This document shows, piece after piece, positions 1-7,185 of a stretch of 32,000 nt of DNA. The notes beneath the pieces were generated by a model. That model saw only the letters and a program-made list of their open reading frames with translations, did no database searches and was not told the origin of the DNA. The position numbers and the translations under genes were made by a program. The stretch comes from Alkalilimnicola ehrlichii MLHE-1 (lineage in GTDB: Bacteria > Pseudomonadota > Gammaproteobacteria > Nitrococcales > Halorhodospiraceae), in contig NC_008340.1 of NCBI RefSeq assembly GCF_000014785.1, positions 300,001 through 332,000 on the forward strand. Direction: 5' to 3'. Positions within the stretch are counted from its first letter, which is position 1. The number at the start of each line of letters is the position of its first letter.

Positions 1-740
1 TCGGCACGGGTCAGGGTTTTCCACTGGCGGGCCTCGTCCCGGGCGTAGCCCGCGCGGTCGATCTCGGCCATGGCCTGGTAGCGCGGCAGGCGCGCGAGCA
101 GGTTCGCCGGCGGCTGCCAGAGCAGACGGCAGTGGTTGTGGCCGGCCAGTCCGGTGCCGGCGAAGGCCTCCAGTCGGGCATCGACGCCGTCGCGCTCCAC
201 GGGGGCGAGGCCGTTGACGGCGAGACGCCCCCCGGCGGTGTCGAGCCCGACGCCGCCGCCCAGCGCCACGGAGACGGCGGCATGGCCGTGGAGCACGGGC
301 TCGATGTGCAGGCAGTAGCGGCCGATGGAGCGGGCATCGGGGTGATCGGCATCAAGCCCGAAGGGGACGATGACCGGCTCCGCCTTGGAGGGGTCGGGCA
401 GCTGGATGGGCGCGAGGGCGATCTCGCCACGACCGAAATCGAAGGCGTGCTGGCCGCGCAATCGCAACACGACCGGCAAGCCGTGCTGCCCGCGGGCCAC
501 GGTGGCGGTGATGCCCAGCTCGTCGAAGGCAAGGCTGGGGGCCACGCTGACCGTCCGGCCGCCGGCGTTGCCCCCGGTGTCGATGCCGGCGGTGTCCTGG
601 TAGCGGGCGGTCAGGCCGATGCGGGCGCCGGTTCCGGGGGCCTCGGTCTCCGGCTCGCTCTGCTCCTCCGACTCGGGCCGGCGGCAGCCCCGCCAGGAGC
701 GCCAACCAGTCAGGGTGGTGACCTGCCAAAACAGGAGCAT
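1..740 (-). CDS. Truncated near-identical second copy of the central part of the 1100-aa protein; continues past the left window edge
   Basis: The minus-strand frame from ATG at 740 (MLLFWQVTTLTGWRSWRGCRRPESEEQSEPETEAPGTGARIGLTARYQDTAG...) stays open to position 1. It aligns without gaps (offset 2675) to the ORF at 1817-5119. The start lies 4 nt after the Sel1-like gene's stop. The start codon is uncertain. Confidence 0.65.
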   Translation of the reverse strand, partial: MLLFWQVTTLTGWRSWRGCRRPESEEQSEPETEAPGTGARIGLTARYQDTAGIDTGGNAGGRTVSVAPSLAFDELGITATVARGQHGLPVVLRLRGQHAFDFGRGEIALAPIQLPDPSKAEPVIVPFGLDADHPDARSIGRYCLHIEPVLHGHAAVSVALGGGVGLDTAGGRLAVNGLAPVERDGVDARLEAFAGTGLAGHNHCRLLWQPPANLLARLPRYQAMAEIDRAGYARDEARQWKTLTRA

Positions 741-744
741 TTCG

Positions 745-1758
745 CTACAGGCCGTACTTGGGCGGGAAGTAGGACAGTGGGGGCTCGCGGTTCAGCCAGT
801 CCTCGGCGAGTTCTTCGGCTTCGGCGATTTCTTCGTCGGATAGGCGCTCCCCGTATCGCTCCAGAAGGCTCTCGGCCGTGCTAGCTCGTGTTTCTTCATA
901 CAGCGCGTGCAATATGGCCCACCCTTTGACGGGATCGGGTTCGTCCGGGTAGCAGTAATCAATCAACTCCCCTGGGGCGAGGTGACAAAATCCGTAGGTA
1001 ATGCGCTTCCGAATATGCCCACGCTCCGAACCTTCAACGACCCAGTTCCACGCCGCTTCCATTTTTTCTTGCCGAATTAGATTCCCCACGAGGTTGTATA
1101 TGGCCGGGGCATAGCCCTGCTCGGCGGCCTTGCGGAACCAGGGCTCGGCGGCTTCGACGTCTTTCAGCTGCGGGGGCCATTCGCCGGAGCGTTCCTGGGT
1201 GATAGTTCCCAGCCAATCTTGGGCCTCCGGGTTTCCGGCCTCGGCGGCACGTTCCAGCCAGTCTAGGGCCGTGCGGGGTTCCCCGAGCATGTTGTAGACA
1301 TCAAATAGGGTCGACATGGCGATCGGGTCACCATGTTCGGCCTTGGGTAGTTCCTGCTCGAGAGCCTTGTCCACCCACGCTTCATATTTCTCGGGGCAAA
1401 TGTCAGCCAACTTGCAGATCATGCCGTGTTCGAGCCGGAGCATGGCATGGGGATCCCCGCCCTGCGCCGCGCGGTGGTACCAGTCGATGGCCTCGCGGGA
1501 CATGCCGCGATCCAGTAGCCGGTTCGCCTCGCCCAGGTAGTAGATGGCCTCGACATCACCGGCCCCGGCCGCTTCTTCCAGCGGCGGCTGCATGTCGATC
1601 CATTCATGCAGGCCCCACAGGCGCATTCCTTCTTCTTTAGCCTGTTGCTGCTCGGCATTGAGCTTCAGGGATGTTTTGTCTTCTCCATCGTTGGGTTGAG
1701 CCGTGCCGGCCCATAAGCCAACGATGAGGATGAACACTAGAATTTTTTTGCGGGGCAT
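745..1758 (-). CDS. Secreted Sel1/TPR-like repeat protein (337 aa) with N-terminal signal sequence
   Basis: MPRKKILVFILIVGLWAGTAQPNDGEDK... is basic then hydrophobic, like a signal peptide. It is followed by Sel1-like motifs (GAGDVEAIYYLGEANRLLDRGMSREAIDWYHRAAQGGDPHAMLRL; ALDWLERAAEAGNPEAQDWLG; AEPWFRKAAEQGYAPAIYNLVGNL). An AAAGG-like RBS lies upstream of ATG 1758. Confidence 0.85.
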   Translation of the reverse strand: MPRKKILVFILIVGLWAGTAQPNDGEDKTSLKLNAEQQQAKEEGMRLWGLHEWIDMQPPLEEAAGAGDVEAIYYLGEANRLLDRGMSREAIDWYHRAAQGGDPHAMLRLEHGMICKLADICPEKYEAWVDKALEQELPKAEHGDPIAMSTLFDVYNMLGEPRTALDWLERAAEAGNPEAQDWLGTITQERSGEWPPQLKDVEAAEPWFRKAAEQGYAPAIYNLVGNLIRQEKMEAAWNWVVEGSERGHIRKRITYGFCHLAPGELIDYCYPDEPDPVKGWAILHALYEETRASTAESLLERYGERLSDEEIAEAEELAEDWLNREPPLSYFPPKYGL

Positions 1759-1816
1759 TGCCAAGACCTTTGTTAACCCTGAGCAAACTGGCTCTTGTCG
1801 CCGCACGCTTGCCTTT

Positions 1817-4800
1817 CTACTGAATGTGACGGGAAAGCCAGCCGGCATTCTGTCTGTATTTCCATTGACGGTCCTGTTGCTCCAGCTGTCCGCTGCCTGC
1901 TGACATGAAATTGTCCAGCCGCCCTCGGTTCTCGGCATACGCATCGGCCCTCGATTCGTCGGTAGGCTGTCCGTCTCGGGCCATGCGCACCACGGCCTTT
2001 TCAAACAGCTTCTGCGCCGGGTGCGGGTGCTCTGCGGAGAAGTCGCGTCGGGGGCCGTAGACGCCGGCCATGACGCCGGAGACGATCCATTGCAGGCAGT
2101 TGAGGATCGCCCGTTGGTGGAACACAAGAGCCTGTTCACGCCCGAACCGCTGTACTTGCTTCTGGCCATCCCGCTGAATCTCCACCTCGAACGCCTGCGG
2201 CCGACTGGTCAGGGTGTATAACAGCGGCCCCAGGGCCTCGGGCGGTAGCTGGCGCACCCAGGCGGCAATGGCGTCCCGTTGCGGGTCGTTGACGATGGTG
2301 TAGGCGATCCGGCTGGCCATGTCCCGGTCCCGGGTAAACCACTCGATCATCTGGCGCAGTCGGTGGGTGCCGCGCAGCAGGAGCAGGGCGGGTTCGACCA
2401 GGGTGATGGCGGCGAGATAGGCCAGGCGGCTCATCTCCTCGAAGGCGTCTTCGTCGATCCAGTCGACGCGCTCGTAGCCGACCTCCACCAGCGCCTGGTG
2501 CATCATGGCGAGCCAGAGGTCGAGGTGGCGGGGGTCAAGCGCCAGGCGCACGCTGCCCCCGCCGCCGACGCCGAGCACCAGGCGCAGGGAGGCGTGCAGC
2601 ACGAAGCGGCCGTTGTGCAGGCCGAGCCGGAAGGCGGCCTCGCCGCCGACGCCGACGCGCACCTCGGGGTTGATCTCGGCGGCGGTCAGGGTTTTCCACT
2701 GGCGGGCCTCGTCCCGGGCGTAGCCCGCGCGGTCGATCTCGGCCATGGCCTGGTAGCGCGGCAGGCGCGCGAGCAGGTTCGCCGGCGGCTGCCAGAGCAG
2801 ACGGCAGTGGTTGTGGCCGGCCAGTCCGGTGCCGGCGAAGGCCTCCAGTCGGGCATCGACGCCGTCGCGCTCCACGGGGGCGAGGCCGTTGACGGCGAGA
2901 CGGCCCCCGGCGGTGTCGAGCCCGACGCCGCCGCCCAGCGCCACGGACACGGCGGCATGGCCGTGGAGCACGGGCTCGATGTGCAGGCAGTAGCGGCCGA
3001 TGGAGCGGGCGTCCGGGTGATCCGCCTCCAGCCCGAACGGGACGATGACCGGCTCCGCCTTGGCGGGATCGGGCAGCTGGATGGGCGCGAGGGCGATCTC
3101 GCCACGGCCGAAGTCGAAGGCGTGCTGGCCGCGCAATCGCAACACGACCGGCGAGCCGTGCTGCCCGCGGGCCACGGTGGCGGTGATGCCCAGCTCGTCG
3201 AGAGCGAGGCTGGGGGCCACACTGACCGTCCGGCCGCCGGCGTTGCCCCCGGTGTCGATGCCGGCGGTGTCCTGGTAGCGGGCGGTCAGGCCGATGCGGG
3301 CGCCGTTTCCGGAAGCGGCTGTCTCCGGTTCGGCCTGCGCCACGGGTCCGGGCCGGCGCAGCCACAGGGGTGCCTCCCCGGACAGCGCCCGGTCGCGCCG
3401 GTCGGGCTCGGCGTATGCGCCGGCCAGCAGGCGCAGGAGCTGCGCCGGGCCACTGGCATCGAACAGGCGCATGGGGTGGTTGAGCGGGTCGGCGAACAGG
3501 ATCCGGCGCAGGCGCCGGCCCCACTCCTCCCGGGCGCTGTCGTCGGCAAGGCGGTCGATGACCAGGCCCTGGTGGTCGAGGTCGTGGAAGAAGCGTTCCG
3601 GCTCGAACAGCCCGAGCGGCTCGCTGTGCCAGTCGGGGTTCCAGTCGAGCCGCCGGCAGCCGCGTCGGGTGAGCCACCCGGTCAGTGCCGTGTCGGGCAG
3701 GGAGCGGGGCTCGGTGACCGTGCGGCTGTCGTGCGCGATGGCGGCATCGCGCTGGCGGGCGTAGTGGGGGCGGGTCTCGCCCAGCTGGTGCAGGCTCAGG
3801 TGATCGAGGGTGCGCTGCCGACCGGGGCCGCTGAACTCGCGCAGGGGGAAGTCGGCGCGCACCAGCCGGTGGATCGGGGGCGGGCGGTAGGGTTCGGGGT
3901 CGCGGATGTCGTCGGGGCCCAGGTCCCAGTGCAGGACGCGCCTCGGGCGCGTGCGGTCCACCCGGCGCCGGGCCGTGCGGTAGAGGCGGTCCATGCGCTC
4001 GCGCAGCCGGTCGAACCGCGCCTGCTCGTCGGTGAACAGGAAGATGGGCAGCGGGGTGGCCCGGCCCGTGCCCTGTTCCCACTCCCTGAGCCGCGTGTCC
4101 ACGTCCTCGCGCAAGGCGTCGAGTTCGTCCAGGGTCGCGAAGTAGCGGGCCACGTAGTCCACGCCGTCGGCGAAGCCGGCGTCCGGGTCCTCAGCCAGCG
4201 CCAGCTCGGGGGTGGCCACGCCCAGCCCGGCCAGCTCGATGAGACTGTCGATGTAGTGGCGGTAGTCCTGCTCCAGTTGCGGGATGTAGTGCTCGATCAC
4301 GGAGGCGATCTCGCAGCGTTCGACGGCCTCTGGTACCGGGTCCTGGTCGCAGAGCGCCACATGCCGGCGGTATTGCTCCAGGATCTTATGGAGCGGCCGC
4401 GTCGGTGGCAGGCCCTGACCCTGTTCCAGGTGGGACCGAGCACCCTGGAAAGCAAGCTCCCGCCGCCGGTGATAGCGCTGCAGCGCCTCGCGGATGCGCG
4501 CCTCGCTGTCGCCGTGGACCAGGGCGCTATCGACGACATAGCCGGCCTTCTCGGCCTTGTCCAGGCCGCGTTGATAAAGGGCCTGAAGTGCGTCGAGATG
4601 GTCGTTGCTCTCGTGGATGCGTGCCGGTTCCGGGCATTGGGTCGGTACGGCCGAAGGCATTGAATGGTCGCCGGACCAGGATTGCGAGGTGCTCACGCTG
4701 GTGGTGCCCTGGAAAGGCACGCCGTCCACCACCCGTTGCAGCAGCGTGTCCGGGGCCTCGTCCTGAAGGGCGGCGAGCTGCTGGAGGGTCTGCGCGAACC

Positions 4801-5119
4801 GTTGGCGGTCCGCTTCCCCCAGGAAACTGACCGGATGCGCGGGCAGGAAGCTGTCCAGCACGCCCGCCTCCTCGGACAGCCGCCGGTTGCGCTCGTCGCG
4901 GTCGTCCACGGCGGCGATGTCGGCCAGCTTGTCGGCCGCGTGGTGCATCGCGGCGGCGGCTGTGGCGTTGAGCAGCCAGAACTCGCCGGAGCCGGTGAGA
5001 TAGACGATGTCCGCCCACAGGAACGTTGCGCACAGGGGGCGCGGGTCTTCGTGGAAGAGGTCGTCGTCGCGGCCGCGCGGTCCCGCGGGCCAGACCTGGG
5101 GGGCGATGGAGTCGGTCAT
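1817..5119 (-). CDS. Large 1100-aa protein of unassigned family; candidate effector/toxin-like protein
   Basis: Long ORF MTDSIAPQVWPAGPRGRDDDLFHEDPRPLCATFLWADIVYLTGSG..., translationally coupled (ATGA overlap) to an upstream small ORF. It has a central Gly/hydrophobic segment (VRVGVGGEAAFRLGLHNGRFVLHASLRLVLGVGGGGSVRLALD). The coding call is strong; the functional call is inference. Confidence 0.8.
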   Translation of the reverse strand: MTDSIAPQVWPAGPRGRDDDLFHEDPRPLCATFLWADIVYLTGSGEFWLLNATAAAAMHHAADKLADIAAVDDRDERNRRLSEEAGVLDSFLPAHPVSFLGEADRQRFAQTLQQLAALQDEAPDTLLQRVVDGVPFQGTTSVSTSQSWSGDHSMPSAVPTQCPEPARIHESNDHLDALQALYQRGLDKAEKAGYVVDSALVHGDSEARIREALQRYHRRRELAFQGARSHLEQGQGLPPTRPLHKILEQYRRHVALCDQDPVPEAVERCEIASVIEHYIPQLEQDYRHYIDSLIELAGLGVATPELALAEDPDAGFADGVDYVARYFATLDELDALREDVDTRLREWEQGTGRATPLPIFLFTDEQARFDRLRERMDRLYRTARRRVDRTRPRRVLHWDLGPDDIRDPEPYRPPPIHRLVRADFPLREFSGPGRQRTLDHLSLHQLGETRPHYARQRDAAIAHDSRTVTEPRSLPDTALTGWLTRRGCRRLDWNPDWHSEPLGLFEPERFFHDLDHQGLVIDRLADDSAREEWGRRLRRILFADPLNHPMRLFDASGPAQLLRLLAGAYAEPDRRDRALSGEAPLWLRRPGPVAQAEPETAASGNGARIGLTARYQDTAGIDTGGNAGGRTVSVAPSLALDELGITATVARGQHGSPVVLRLRGQHAFDFGRGEIALAPIQLPDPAKAEPVIVPFGLEADHPDARSIGRYCLHIEPVLHGHAAVSVALGGGVGLDTAGGRLAVNGLAPVERDGVDARLEAFAGTGLAGHNHCRLLWQPPANLLARLPRYQAMAEIDRAGYARDEARQWKTLTAAEINPEVRVGVGGEAAFRLGLHNGRFVLHASLRLVLGVGGGGSVRLALDPRHLDLWLAMMHQALVEVGYERVDWIDEDAFEEMSRLAYLAAITLVEPALLLLRGTHRLRQMIEWFTRDRDMASRIAYTIVNDPQRDAIAAWVRQLPPEALGPLLYTLTSRPQAFEVEIQRDGQKQVQRFGREQALVFHQRAILNCLQWIVSGVMAGVYGPRRDFSAEHPHPAQKLFEKAVVRMARDGQPTDESRADAYAENRGRLDNFMSAGSGQLEQQDRQWKYRQNAGWLSRHIQ

Positions 5120-5271
5120 GCACGGGGCTCCCGGGCCGCCTCGCGCAGGCGTCGCTGATGGTGCAGCAGCGTCAGCCAGTTGTGGGCATCGACGCGCAGG
5201 CCGATCCGAGTGGGTGGCGCCTCAGCGCCTGCGCGCGGCAGGGGAAAGTACAGTCCGTTGTCTTGTTGCAT
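5116..5271 (-). CDS. Small protein (51 aa), first gene of the minus-strand operon
   Basis: Reads MQQDNGLYFPLPRAGAEAPPTRIGLRVDAHNWLTLLHHQRRLREAAREPRA*. GGAG lies 5 nt before the ATG, and the TGA overlaps the ATG of the 1100-aa ORF (ATGA). It is below the track's length cutoff. Confidence 0.65.
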   Translation of the reverse strand: MQQDNGLYFPLPRAGAEAPPTRIGLRVDAHNWLTLLHHQRRLREAAREPRA

Positions 5272-5307
5272 GCCGGCTCCGTGGCATAAGTCCATGATTC
5301 CGTCTGC

Positions 5308-5336
5308 AGTCTATGGGGCCCGCGTCCCTTCATCAA
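5308..5336 (-). promoter_or_regulatory. Candidate sigma-70-type promoter for the accessory operon
   Basis: On the minus strand TTGATG (5331-5336), 17-nt spacer, TAGACT (5308-5313), just upstream of the small ORF. Each hexamer matches consensus at 4/6. Confidence 0.35.
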
Positions 5337-5373
5337 GTCGACGCATTGTGAGGATAAGAGGGCATGGGGCGGC

Positions 5374-6198
5374 TCAAGGAGTATCTCTGCTTGCGTTCCG
5401 TTTTGTTCTGGTGTGGGCCTGGCTCAGGGCGGCAAACTGCTCCAAGGACAGATTCTCGGCCCGTTCTCGGGGGTCAATTCCGACTCCGATAATGGTGTCA
5501 GCGGACATTAACGGGCGCAGGGTGTTGCGTAGGGTCTTGCGGCGCTGGGAGAAGGCCTGGGTCACCAGCCGGGCGAATGCCTGCTCGTCGCCTACGTCCA
5601 CCGTGGGTTCGGCGTGCGGCACCAGCCGGACGAAGGCGGAGTCCACCTTGGGCGGCGGGCGGAAGGCGCCCGGCGGTAGCCGGAACAGGTTGGTGACCGC
5701 GCAGCGGTACTGCACCATTACCGACAGCCGCCCGTAGGTCTTGCTGCCGGGCGGTGCGGCCAGCCGCTCCACCACCTCCTTCTGCAGGGTGAAGTGCATG
5801 TCCTGGATGACATCGGCGCTCTCCAGAAGGTGGAAGAGCAGCGGGGTGGAGATGTTATAGGGTAGATTGCCCACCACCCGCAGCCGTGCTGGCGGTGCTG
5901 GGGCCAGCTGGCGGAAGTCGAAGCGCAGGGCATCGGCCTGGTGCACGGTCAATTCACCGGCGGTGCGGGCCCGCGCCTGCAGCGGGGCCACCAGGTCGCG
6001 GTCCAGCTCCACGGCGGTCAGCCGCCCGGCGGCGCGCAGCAGCGGCAGGGTGAGTGCCCCCTCGCCGGGGCCGATCTCCACCAGGGGGTCGCCGGGCCGG
6101 GGGCGGATGGCCTTGACCATGCGGGAGATCAGTGTGGGATCGTGCAGAAAGTTCTGCCCGAAGCGCTTGCGGGGGCGGTGGCGGCGGTGGTTGTTCAT
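5374..6198 (-). CDS. rsmA: 16S rRNA (adenine1518/1519-N6) dimethyltransferase
   Basis: [28 protein letters not shown]...[15 protein letters not shown]...[18 protein letters not shown]; characteristic KsgA/RsmA motifs. Confidence 0.96.
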   Translation of the reverse strand: MNNHRRHRPRKRFGQNFLHDPTLISRMVKAIRPRPGDPLVEIGPGEGALTLPLLRAAGRLTAVELDRDLVAPLQARARTAGELTVHQADALRFDFRQLAPAPPARLRVVGNLPYNISTPLLFHLLESADVIQDMHFTLQKEVVERLAAPPGSKTYGRLSVMVQYRCAVTNLFRLPPGAFRPPPKVDSAFVRLVPHAEPTVDVGDEQAFARLVTQAFSQRRKTLRNTLRPLMSADTIIGVGIDPRERAENLSLEQFAALSQAHTRTKRNASRDTP

Positions 6199-6278
6199 GC
6201 CACGCAGTTTATCCGGCTGCGCCCGCTGCGGAAATGGGCGATGCTCGTATGCAACGTGGCAAGTCGGGAGACAGGCAG

Positions 6279-6920
6279 ATGATCAACACCACCGTGCGTC
6301 GGCTGGGCGGCACGTTCTTTAAGGGGTTGGCGGCAATCCTGCCCGCCGTGGTCACCGTTTATGTGTTGTGGTGGCTGGGCAGCACCGCCGAGGCCATCCT
6401 CGGCGGCCTCATCCAGTGGGTGTTGCCCACCAGCTTCTACATCCCCGGACTGGGTTTGATTGCGGGGGTCGGTCTGGTCTTCGCCCTGGGGGTGCTGCTC
6501 CAGGCCTACGTCTTTCGGCGCATCTGGGAGTGGGGCGAGGGGCTGATGACCCGCCTGCCGGTGATCAAGACCATCTACGGCGCGGTTCAGGACTTGATGG
6601 GCTTTTTCTCCGGCGACGCCACCCGCAAGATGCAGCAGGTGGTGGTGGTGGACCTGCCCGGCGTGCCCTTCCGCCTGCTCGGCATCGTCACCCGGGAGGA
6701 CTTCTCCCAATTGCCGGACGCGCTCGGCGGCGGGGACACCATCGCGGTCTATACCCCCATGAGCTACCAGATCGGGGGCTACACGCTGATGCTGCCCCGG
6801 GACTGCGTGCACCCCATCGATATGAGCGTGGAGGATGCCATGCGCTACGCGGTCACGGCCGGCATGTCGATAAAAAAACCCACGCCTGCTCCGGGCCCAT
6901 CACCCGGTGAGAATCATTGA
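6279..6920 (+). CDS. DUF502-like inner membrane protein
   Basis: [41 protein letters not shown]...[18 protein letters not shown]...[18 protein letters not shown]; motifs typical of the DUF502 family. GGGAG RBS upstream. Confidence 0.85.
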   Translation: MINTTVRRLGGTFFKGLAAILPAVVTVYVLWWLGSTAEAILGGLIQWVLPTSFYIPGLGLIAGVGLVFALGVLLQAYVFRRIWEWGEGLMTRLPVIKTIYGAVQDLMGFFSGDATRKMQQVVVVDLPGVPFRLLGIVTREDFSQLPDALGGGDTIAVYTPMSYQIGGYTLMLPRDCVHPIDMSVEDAMRYAVTAGMSIKKPTPAPGPSPGENH

Positions 6921-7185
6921 CGGGTGCTGGCAAGACGGGTTTCGGGTAACTATGATGGTTTGCGGACCATAACGACGGGGTCATGCTGCGGCTCGGGAGC
7001 CCGGCCGGCATCACAATGAGAACAGCCGGTCTGGGTTTCGAGGCCTGGCCCCTAAACATAACGAAGCCGCCACCAGTCTCGGCTGACGCGGATACAGGGC
7101 CCAAAAGGCCCGGTATTTCGGGACCTCCGACTCCGGATCCCTGCCGCTGACGCCGCGCGCGTGGCTAAACCCAAGAGGTGAACCC

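Noticed and set aside
1759-2169. N-terminal extension of the Sel1-like ORF in the track (start at 2169)
   Set aside because: The extension overlaps the 3' end of the 1100-aa ORF and is low-complexity. ATG 1758 has an RBS and begins a signal peptide.
2279-4663. 794-aa + strand ORF opposite the 1100-aa gene
   Set aside because: Translation is dominated by Gly/Ala/Val/Gln low-complexity typical of antisense shadow frames in GC-rich coding DNA. The minus ORF has balanced composition, coupled start and recognisable layout.
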